The notes under the pieces: model-generated
Seen by the model: only the letters and a program-made list of their open reading frames with translations
The model's database searches: none
What the model was told of the DNA's origin: nothing
Program-made: the position numbers and the translations under genes
Part shown: one piece after another, positions 52,756 through 59,452 of the stretch
How positions within the stretch are numbered: the first letter of the stretch is position 1
How the letters are laid out: every line of letters begins with the position of its first letter
From: Verrucomicrobiia bacterium
GTDB taxonomy: Bacteria; Patescibacteriota; Saccharimonadia; Saccharimonadales; JAGQNK01
Direction: 5' to 3'
DNA: 64,000 nucleotides
Assembly (NCBI GenBank): GCA_035489575.1
Contig: DATHJY010000011.1
Span: forward strand, 148,514 to 212,513

Positions 52756-53487
52756 ATGTCCCGAAAGCACCTACTGGCTGTAGTCCTCGGAGTGTTCGTG
52801 GGAGTGTTCGCGCTCCTCGCAGGGGCTGGACTCGCCGTCGTACTCCTGCCGTCCGACCCTGAGCCGTCGATCACCATCGAGTCCATCAACGGCCAGAGCA
52901 CGGCCAACGAAGACGCCAGACTGGACAAGCTGCAGGAGCACTGCTCCGGCGACTTAGGCCCTGACGGCATCGCCAGCAAGCTGGACACCGCACCCCTGAC
53001 GCTCAACGACGAGCTGGTCTACATGGTCTACGGCGACGAAGTCACCGCGCTCAACCCACAGGCACTCGTGCAGTGCGACTACGAGGCCCCCGTGGGTGAC
53101 AGCTACGTCTCGGTGTCGATCGACGCCACGTCGTTCGACGACGGCCAGGCGTACTGGGACAAAGTCATCAGCAACACCTGCGAGGGTGGCTGTGACGAGA
53201 ACGAGCCCAGCGACCACCCCAACAACGTGGACGACTCGTTCGTGGTGGATGGCAACCACGCCACCTTCATCAACGTCAAGCGTGAGCGAACGGACTTCGA
53301 CGGTCCGCAGTCACCCGTCGGCACGCTCATGGTGGTCAGCACCATCCAGGGAGACACCGAGTGCTCGGCCGTCTTCCGCACGGGAGACATCCAGCCCGAG
53401 AGCTTCACGCGGGTCACGGACACGCTCCGCGCGTTTGCAGATCAGGCCTGCGAGCTCGCCGCACAGTCGTCCACGGACGAGACCTGA
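52756..53487 (+). CDS. GC-rich membrane-anchored or secreted acidic protein, hypothetical
   Basis: N-terminal TM LLAVVLGVFVGVFALLAGAGLAVVLL. Strongly GC3-biased codons. GGCCGGGTGG/CCACCCGGCC hairpin downstream. Confidence 0.55.
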   Translation: MSRKHLLAVVLGVFVGVFALLAGAGLAVVLLPSDPEPSITIESINGQSTANEDARLDKLQEHCSGDLGPDGIASKLDTAPLTLNDELVYMVYGDEVTALNPQALVQCDYEAPVGDSYVSVSIDATSFDDGQAYWDKVISNTCEGGCDENEPSDHPNNVDDSFVVDGNHATFINVKRERTDFDGPQSPVGTLMVVSTIQGDTECSAVFRTGDIQPESFTRVTDTLRAFADQACELAAQSSTDET

Positions 53488-53678
53488 AGTTGGCTTGGCC
53501 GGGTGGGTGGACACTGTCCATATACCAAACCACCCGGCCATTCGGCCCTTATTCTGCCAAGAAACTACCGTACACTTTTCCAGAGCGCTGCATATATTTG
53601 CAGCTCTGTGGCAAAGTTATTCAAATAAATAGATACGACCTTCGTCTATGCCCGTTTGCAGCGCGGCCAACAGGGCAG

Positions 53679-53969
53679 TCATGCCCACGGGGCGCTCACG
53701 CGGGATTGCCGGTAGGTCAATCCGCCGCCGGGCCTGGCGCCGGTCCACTGACCTGGACGATTCAACTCGTTGTTGTTGCGCTCGCATAGCTTCTTCACAA
53801 CCGCCTCATCAGAGAAAAAGGCGCTGTCCATGTCTTCCAGCGACTCATAACCCATAATCTCCCACATGGGTCGCCTGTCGTTTGACGCAACCACGGGAAT
53901 GGTGGGTGCTACCTCAATACCCGGCGGTACAAGCAGTTCACACGTAGGGTCTCTTTCGATAAGGCTCAT
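53679..53969 (-). CDS. hypothetical protein
   Basis: 96-aa ORF with no motif. The 3' part is in GC-rich sequence and its extent is uncertain. Confidence 0.3.
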   Translation of the reverse strand: MSLIERDPTCELLVPPGIEVAPTIPVVASNDRRPMWEIMGYESLEDMDSAFFSDEAVVKKLCERNNNELNRPGQWTGARPGGGLTYRQSRVSAPWA

Positions 53970-54141
53970 AGTATTTTCTTTCTCTTATATCTTACTGTTT
54001 TTATGGGTAATGTGACAACTGGAGGATGGGGCTTGGAGTGATTGGTGGTGTCCTAAGACGGACAATGGCCGTGTGCGCCACTAGCCTGGGACGATCCCAA
54101 ACTCCCACCAACCGGCGTACTTCTACATGCAAACGTCCCGA

Positions 54142-54423
54142 CTAGGCCACCGCCAGGCGAGCTCTCTTGGGTGGCACGTACCGAATGCGCGTCCAGCCCG
54201 CTCGCGGATGGCCCTTGCGGTACTTGCGCAGCCTCAAGCGATCGACCTGCTTCATGGCTCTCAGGGCAACAGCGATTTGGTCAAGAGTGACACCCTTGAC
54301 GTCTATGTCATTGCGAAAGTTGGCGAGGTCTCCGTAAACCACCGAGCCTTTTCTCTTCATGAAGGTTTCAATAGCACGTTGGATGTACGCCTGCATTGCA
54401 TTGTCTTGTCGGGCCAAGGCCAT
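54142..54423 (-). CDS. hypothetical basic protein
   Basis: 93-aa ORF with a strong RBS (CTGGAGGA directly before the ATG). Basic C-terminus. Confidence 0.4.
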   Translation of the reverse strand: MALARQDNAMQAYIQRAIETFMKRKGSVVYGDLANFRNDIDVKGVTLDQIAVALRAMKQVDRLRLRKYRKGHPRAGWTRIRYVPPKRARLAVA

Positions 54424-54771
54424 TCCTCCAGTTGTCGTGTTCTAACTTACAAAGCCAGAACTGGTGCTATCCCCCCTAAGGGATCTATGGAAGTCAGTGC
54501 TCCCACCCAGTGAACTTGGTAGTGTAGACAAGTCCACTGGGCGGATTCGCTGACTGTTGCGAAAGTGTGGGTTAAAAAAACCGGATCCAGCCTTATGGTT
54601 GGATCCGGTAGAGTTTTGCTTTGTTGCTGTGTATTTCTATGCGGCGTTACCAGTTCCAACCATTTTGTTCCAAATGAGCACATAGCCAAACACTTGGCGT
54701 AGATTGTGCTTCATAGTGGTGGTTGAACTTTGGTAGGTCACGGTAAAAACTTTACGCTATAGCCCGATCAG

Positions 54772-54800
54772 TTGTCAAGCCTGGGTGCTTATGGTATGAT
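54772..54800 (+). promoter_or_regulatory. promoter TTGTCA-17-TGgTATGAT
   Basis: -35 at 54772-77 and extended -10 at 54792-800. ATG of the leader ORF is 10 nt downstream. Confidence 0.55.
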
Positions 54801-54810
54801 CCACCCCATT

Positions 54811-54891
54811 ATGCGTTTTAACCATGCTAACAGTTTGCTCCTCCTCAGCCTTAACGGGCTGTGCTTCAGCAGGGTTGAAGCCAAGGGTTAG
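54811..54891 (+). CDS. putative Leu-responsive leader peptide (26 aa)
   Basis: MRFNHANSLLLLSLNGLCFSRVEAKG. Four consecutive Leu codons at 54835-46 and two more downstream. Embedded in alternative hairpins. Confidence 0.5.
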   Translation: MRFNHANSLLLLSLNGLCFSRVEAKG

Positions 54892-54920
54892 CGCCCTCTT
54901 GCACAGTCCAAAACCAAAAA

Positions 54921-54944
54921 AGGCTTCAACCAGAAGTCTTTTTT
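54921..54944 (+). terminator. attenuator terminator
   Basis: AGGCTTC-aacca-GAAGTCT followed by TTTTT. The 5' arm can alternatively pair with TTGAAGCC at 54875-82. Confidence 0.6.
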
Positions 54945-54963
54945 AACTTTTTAGGAGAAAATT

Positions 54964-55200
54964 ATGGCCGCCGAAGGATTAACAGTAGAGCAGGGCGTAT
55001 TAAGAGACCCGAACATGGCAGATGCAGAGCACACTCGACGCGTTGCCACGCTCTCGGGGTACCCCAGCATGCAACAAAGAATAGCAGCAGCCTCTATGGA
55101 TAAGGTTGATACAGTGCCGGTAGACGAGGTAACGGATATTCCTGATCTTGCCCGGCGGATGGCGATTGCTAGTACTGTGACGGTCGATCACGTCCTGTAG
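54964..55200 (+). CDS. hypothetical small acidic protein
   Basis: 78-aa ORF with RBS TAGGAGAAA. Confidence 0.45.
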   Translation: MAAEGLTVEQGVLRDPNMADAEHTRRVATLSGYPSMQQRIAAASMDKVDTVPVDEVTDIPDLARRMAIASTVTVDHVL

Positions 55201-55205
55201 GGTCG

Positions 55206-55234
55206 TTGACAAAAAAACAGAAGGAGAGTAACTT
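55206..55234 (+). promoter_or_regulatory. promoter TTGACA-17-TAACTT, 7 nt before ATG
   Basis: -35 at 55206-11 and -10 at 55229-34, with leader ATG at 55242. Confidence 0.4.
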
Positions 55235-55241
55235 AAGCCTC

Positions 55242-55289
55242 ATGACACAGAGACAGCTCGTGATTGAGGTGGTGATTCTCCCCGGCTAG
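55242..55289 (+). CDS. putative branched-chain amino acid leader peptide (15 aa)
   Basis: MTQRQLVIEVVILPG. Seven of eight central codons are Leu, Val or Ile. Confidence 0.5.
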   Translation: MTQRQLVIEVVILPG

Positions 55290-55328
55290 CGGGTCTCTTG
55301 TGCATGCCTAAAGATTTTGACAAGAAAC

Positions 55329-55356
55329 ATCCCGCGAAACCCGCGGGATTTTTATT
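55329..55356 (+). terminator. attenuator terminator
   Basis: ATCCCGCG-aaacc-CGCGGGAT followed by TTTTTATT. GCGGG at 55289-93 can pair with CCCGC at 55331-35 as an antiterminator. Confidence 0.65.
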
Positions 55357-55376
55357 ACAAAGATAAGGAGTAAGAC

Positions 55377-55574
55377 ATGAGCGCAGAAACAGAACCAGGA
55401 ATACCAAACTATATGAATGGTGAGGTACTTGCACTGTCCGATACAGACACCCCGGCAACCGAACCGGAAATTGACACGGACACTCCCGTTCAACCGCACG
55501 CTGACGCCATCGATGACATTCGCAACGAGCGAAATTCCAACTACGGCTATGGCGGGGAGAACTTCGGTGTCTAA
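55377..55574 (+). CDS. hypothetical small acidic protein
   Basis: 65-aa ORF with a strong RBS (AAGGAG). Overlaps the ridA start. Confidence 0.4.
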   Translation: MSAETEPGIPNYMNGEVLALSDTDTPATEPEIDTDTPVQPHADAIDDIRNERNSNYGYGGENFGV

Positions 55575-55938
55575 GGTATTTGGCCCCTACAGCCCCATCA
55601 GACAGGCCGGAAGCCTGTACTACGTGTCTGGGCAAGTAGGCGTGGACCCAGACACCAACCAGTGCGGCCACACCATAGAGGAACAAACCGGACAGGTTAT
55701 GGCCAACATGCAGACAGTTCTAGCATCCGCAGGACTTGATATAAGTGACGTAGTCAAATGCACCATCTACCTCAAGGATATGAGCGACTTCGCAAAAATG
55801 AACGACGTCTACGCTGGCTTTTTTGAGCCGCCATTCCCAGCCCGCGGTACCGTAGCCGTAAAAGACCTGCCGCACGTCGGGGGCGAGGCAAATATTCTGG
55901 TAGAGATCGAAGCCATTGCTTATAAGGAATCAGCGTGA
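55549..55938 (+). CDS. ridA: RidA/YjgF-family reactive intermediate deaminase
   Basis: FGPYSPIRQAGSLYYVSGQVGVDP...PARGTVAVKDLP...VEIEAIA. Start is ATG 55549, or GTG 55567 which has GGGGAGA upstream. Confidence 0.8.
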   Translation: MAGRTSVSKVFGPYSPIRQAGSLYYVSGQVGVDPDTNQCGHTIEEQTGQVMANMQTVLASAGLDISDVVKCTIYLKDMSDFAKMNDVYAGFFEPPFPARGTVAVKDLPHVGGEANILVEIEAIAYKESA

Positions 55939-57650
55939 GCGAACTTGATGGTGCCCAAGCGCTGGTTAGTACCCTAGAGAAACATGGGGTCGAATATATC
56001 TTTGGCTATTCCGGCGGTGCCGCTATCCCTATTTTTGATGCCTTGATCACCACCAAGACCAAGATCAAACTGATCCTGACCCGTCACGAGCAAGGCGCTG
56101 CCCACATGGCTGACGGCTATGCTCGGGCCAGCGGCAAACCAGGCATCGTCCTAGTCACCAGCGGGCCAGGTGCCGGTAACACCGTCACTGGGCTCATGAC
56201 CGCCCAGATGGACAGCGTGCCTATTATCGTTATTTCGGGCCAGCAGATCAGATCCATGCTGGGCATGGATGCCTTCCAAGAGGCCGACATCTTTAATATG
56301 ACCATGCCAGTGGTCAAGCACAGCTACCTGATCCGCGAGACCAACGATATCCCCAGTATTGTGGACGAAGCCTTCCATATCGCTACCACTGGCCGGCCCG
56401 GCCCGGTGCTGATAGATATCCCTAAAGATGTCAGCAGTGGCGACTTTAGCGGGGAATTCGACAAGCCCATCGATTTGCCGGCCTACAAACAACCCGCCAC
56501 TATCGACCATAAGAAAATTCAGGCCATAGCCGACGCCTGGGCCAAGGCCAAAAATCCAGTCATTCTGGCGGGGCATGGCGTGTTGATTTCTGGTGCTCAC
56601 AAACAATTGACCAAATTAGCAGAGCAAATGGACACGCCCGTTACCACCACACTGCTAGGCAAGGGAGCCTTCCCTGAAACCCACCAGCTGTCGCTGGGCA
56701 TGCTGGGTATGCACGGCACCGCTTACGCCAACAAAGCCATGGTAGAGTGCGACTTTTTGCTAAACATTGGCTCGCGGTTCGACGACCGTATTGTTGGTGC
56801 GCCCGCTGCCTTCTGCAAAGACGCCTTTATTGCCCATGTCGATATTGACGCCAGCGAGATTGGCAAGATGATCCACCCCAACGCGGCCGTAGTGGCCGAC
56901 GCCAAGGCTGGCATAGAAGCACTCAGCAAAACTGTCAAGGCCCAAAAGCATAATGACTGGAACAAACACCTAGATGAATACCGCCAGAAATACCCCCTAA
57001 CCTACAGCGACAAAAACGGTCTGACCATGCAAAAGGTAATAGACGAAGTCTACAAATTTACCAAAGGCAAGGCTATCGCTGTAACAGACGTAGGACAGCA
57101 TCAGATGTGGGCCGCCCAATTCTACAAAACCGATGACCCGCACATGTGGCTCAGCTCTGGCGGTGCCGGCACCATGGGTTACGGCTTTCCTGGCGCCATT
57201 GGCGCCCAATTTGCTCGCCCCAACGACGATGTTATAGCTTTTGTGGGCGACGGTGGTTTTCAAATGACACTGTTTGAACTAGCTACCGCTTGCATCCATA
57301 AGTTGCCCCTCAAAATTTTTGTCCTGAACAATCACTATCTGGGCATGGTGCGTCAGTGGCAAGAGCTGTTCTTTGACAACCGCGAGAGCGGTGTAGATCT
57401 AGAGGGCAACCCCGACTTTGCCGCTCTGGCCGAGGCCTACGGTGCCAAAGGCGTCAACATAACGTCAGCAGATCAAATTGATGCCAAGCTCAAAGAGGCC
57501 TGGGCAGTCACCGACCGGCCAGTGGTTATCAACGTAGAAGTCATCAAGACTGATAACGTCTACCCCATGGTGCCTGCCGGTGCCCCACTAGAGAGCATGA
57601 TCGTTACCGCACCAACCACAAAACTAGCCAAACCCACAGGGAGTACTTAA
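55935..57650 (+). CDS. ilvB: acetolactate synthase large subunit
   Basis: GTGA overlap with the ridA stop. TPP motif GGAGTMGYGFPGAIGAQ...GDGGFQM...NN. Confidence 0.92.
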   Translation: MSELDGAQALVSTLEKHGVEYIFGYSGGAAIPIFDALITTKTKIKLILTRHEQGAAHMADGYARASGKPGIVLVTSGPGAGNTVTGLMTAQMDSVPIIVISGQQIRSMLGMDAFQEADIFNMTMPVVKHSYLIRETNDIPSIVDEAFHIATTGRPGPVLIDIPKDVSSGDFSGEFDKPIDLPAYKQPATIDHKKIQAIADAWAKAKNPVILAGHGVLISGAHKQLTKLAEQMDTPVTTTLLGKGAFPETHQLSLGMLGMHGTAYANKAMVECDFLLNIGSRFDDRIVGAPAAFCKDAFIAHVDIDASEIGKMIHPNAAVVADAKAGIEALSKTVKAQKHNDWNKHLDEYRQKYPLTYSDKNGLTMQKVIDEVYKFTKGKAIAVTDVGQHQMWAAQFYKTDDPHMWLSSGGAGTMGYGFPGAIGAQFARPNDDVIAFVGDGGFQMTLFELATACIHKLPLKIFVLNNHYLGMVRQWQELFFDNRESGVDLEGNPDFAALAEAYGAKGVNITSADQIDAKLKEAWAVTDRPVVINVEVIKTDNVYPMVPAGAPLESMIVTAPTTKLAKPTGST

Positions 57651-57656
57651 GATCTC

Positions 57657-57815
57657 ATGCAATGCAATTCACAAGATTCAAGACAGATGATTTTTGAGCG
57701 AAATCAACAAAATCGAGTAAGGGGTAATTGTCATTACACCGCACGAGATCTTGTTAGATTGCAGCCAAAAAGGGCTGTTTTGAAATTATGCAATTGCATT
57801 GTAGGAGGTCTTTGA
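57657..57815 (+). CDS. possible 52-aa basic Cys-containing ORF filling the ilvB-ilvN spacer
   Basis: ATG 57657 with GGGAG 13 nt upstream. TGA at 57813-15 overlaps the ilvN ATG (TGATG). Below the ORF-track cutoff. Confidence 0.25.
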   Translation: MQCNSQDSRQMIFERNQQNRVRGNCHYTARDLVRLQPKRAVLKLCNCIVGGL

Positions 57816-58069
57816 TGCAGCACGTTGACCACACCCTTGTCTTGACCGTTCGCAACCAGCCAGGCGTCTTGGTGCGCATTGCTCACGTCTTTGCCCGCCG
57901 GGGCTGCAACATTCGCTCGTTGCGCGTAGAACCTCACGCCGACGAGCAATGGTCTACCATGACCATCATAGTCCGTGACGTGCCACGCCTAGACCAGATG
58001 ATCCACCAACTGCAAAAGCTCATAGATGTCTCTACCGTCAAAGACCACACCGCCGTCCAAAAAAACTAA
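57815..58069 (+). CDS. ilvN: acetolactate synthase small subunit (short, ACT-only)
   Basis: RBS AGGAGG. HTLVLTVRNQPGVLVRIAHVFARRGCNIRSL is the ACT-domain signature. Confidence 0.75.
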   Translation: MQHVDHTLVLTVRNQPGVLVRIAHVFARRGCNIRSLRVEPHADEQWSTMTIIVRDVPRLDQMIHQLQKLIDVSTVKDHTAVQKN

Positions 58070-58770
58070 CGCCTGAACGTCGTCCCTATCTGGCCATTCA
58101 TGGCTTGTTCGATGGCATTGTCAGCCCGGCCGTGGGCTATCCACGTTTCAATGCCGGCAGCAGTGGTCAGAGCCGCGGCGTCAAATTTGGTCACCATACC
58201 ACCGGTCGCCCCGCTGCTGTTAGTGTCACCCGCCAGCTGTCTATAGGCATCTATATCGTCTATGGTCGAGATCACCGAGCTAGGGTCGCTCAAGTCTGAC
58301 AACACGCCGTGCACATCGGTGAGCATTCCAAATCGAGCCCGCACCCCCATGCCGCTGGCTTGCGTCGCAATAGCAGCCCCCACCAGGTCGTTACTGACGT
58401 ACCGGCTTTCTTTTGCGAGCCTGTCATCGTGAGCGTTGGTCACGGCAATGCGGCCAGCACGAGCGGCCGCAATAACATGACCACACCCGTTTTCTGAGTC
58501 CAGCTGGTGGTCTGTCAGCAAATAACCCTCCGTCTGGTGCTGGGTATTGGCATCCCATACCTCTAGCACACCCTCCCACCCAACATCTGGCAGCTGCTTA
58601 CGGGCGGCAGACGAAACCAAGATGACGCCACGCCCCGTCAGCCTGATCTTATCTATCTGTCTAGCTATACCCTCAACAGAGGTCTGGTCTAAACAGTCAT
58701 CTTCTACGATGGTGCTGGTGCCCACCTTGAGCACCAGCACTTCACTCATTTCTTTCATATATGTTTCCAA
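58066..58770 (-). CDS. proB: amino-acid kinase family protein, glutamate 5-kinase-like (no PUA domain)
   Basis: VLKVGTSTI, ILVSSAA, SNDLVGAAIA, MLTDVHGVLSD and GATGGMVTKFDAA follow ProB blocks. Confidence 0.65.
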   Translation of the reverse strand: METYMKEMSEVLVLKVGTSTIVEDDCLDQTSVEGIARQIDKIRLTGRGVILVSSAARKQLPDVGWEGVLEVWDANTQHQTEGYLLTDHQLDSENGCGHVIAAARAGRIAVTNAHDDRLAKESRYVSNDLVGAAIATQASGMGVRARFGMLTDVHGVLSDLSDPSSVISTIDDIDAYRQLAGDTNSSGATGGMVTKFDAAALTTAAGIETWIAHGRADNAIEQAMNGQIGTTFRR

Positions 58771-58795
58771 ATTACGCAGCAGAACGAGGGTGGGT

Positions 58796-58821
58796 ATAAA
58801 AATAACCCCTTGGTCGGGGCT
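58796..58821 (-). terminator. terminator-like hairpin in the proB-like 5' leader
   Basis: Minus strand AGCCCC-gaccaa-GGGGTT, then ATTTTTA. The G-U pair exists only in the minus-strand RNA. Confidence 0.4.
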
Positions 58822-58866
58822 GTTCTTTTGCTTGGTAATTCTTAAAAAATGTCGAAACCCCGACTG

Positions 58867-58932
58867 CTATAGAGGCAGCGGGCACGGGGGACTAAAGCCA
58901 ATGTTCCGACAGGAGTAATGCATATCTCCCAT
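58867..58932 (-). CDS. possible Pro-rich leader peptide (21 aa)
   Basis: MGDMHYSCRNIGFSPPCPLPL. The Pro codons CCC CCG form segment 1 of alternative pairings. Start could be the second ATG (58923). Confidence 0.3.
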   Translation of the reverse strand: MGDMHYSCRNIGFSPPCPLPL

Positions 58933-58993
58933 ACAATATACTAGCTTTAGCAGTTTGTCAAAATTACTAGCCGTGTCATGTCGCTTGCGGTAG

Positions 58994-59022
58994 TTGACAA
59001 GCAACCAAAAAAGAGGATGATA
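58994..59022 (+). promoter_or_regulatory. promoter TTGACA-17-ATGATA, 6 nt before ATG
   Basis: -35 at 58994-99 and -10 at 59017-22, with leader ATG at 59029. Confidence 0.4.
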
Positions 59023-59028
59023 GATACG

Positions 59029-59073
59029 ATGACTCACCGCACGATTATTGCTATCATTGCCAACCCGCTCTAG
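59029..59073 (+). CDS. putative Thr/Ile leader peptide (14 aa)
   Basis: MTHRTIIAIIANPL. Four Ile and two Thr codons, upstream of threonine dehydratase. Confidence 0.45.
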   Translation: MTHRTIIAIIANPL

Positions 59074-59105
59074 CGAGGTCGTCTGGTTTATTTACCAAGA
59101 ATCAC

Positions 59106-59127
59106 CGACCCCGCAGGGGGTTGTTTT
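59106..59127 (+). terminator. attenuator terminator
   Basis: CGACCCC-gcag-GGGGTTG followed by TTTT. GAGGTCG at 59075-81 can pair with CGACCCC as an antiterminator. Confidence 0.5.
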
Positions 59128-59143
59128 AATTTAAGGAGCCAGC

Positions 59144-59452
59144 ATGAGTGCACTCGAACAAGGAAACGCCTCAGACCCCACCGACCTGGTTGGCGGTGAA
59201 TATGTGGTGGGTTTTTTGGAGGACAAAGTCCAGGCCCTGGACGAAGCGCCTGATACATCAACAGAGGGAGTAACCCCACCACCATACGCAGACATACGCT
59301 GGCCCGAGGATAGACCAGCTCAACCTCCCGTACGACTCAGCCAAGAAGTAGTCGTGGTCATAAATGGCCAGCCAGTCATCCGTGAAGAGTTATATGCACG
59401 CACCTATTATGGTTCGTCGTCAGTTCCCCCAAGACAGGGGTTATCATCATGA
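59144..59452 (+). CDS. hypothetical acidic/Pro-rich protein
   Basis: 102-aa ORF with RBS AAGGAG. ATGA overlap with ilvA. Confidence 0.45.
   Translation: MSALEQGNASDPTDLVGGEYVVGFLEDKVQALDEAPDTSTEGVTPPPYADIRWPEDRPAQPPVRLSQEVVVVINGQPVIREELYARTYYGSSSVPPRQGLSS

Noticed and set aside
54430-54770. Unannotated 340-nt stretch checked for RNase P RNA, tmRNA, SRP RNA and 6S RNA signatures
   Set aside because: None of the conserved motifs I know (GAGGAAAGUCC, a tRNA-like 3' end with a tag ORF, the SRP GGAA/AGCA motif) is present. Only a bidirectional hairpin, CCGGATCCA...TGGATCCGG at about 54580-54612, stands out.
57734-57949. 71-aa minus-strand ORF
   Set aside because: It lies antisense to the ilvN ACT domain and the ilvB-ilvN spacer, and has no supporting signals.
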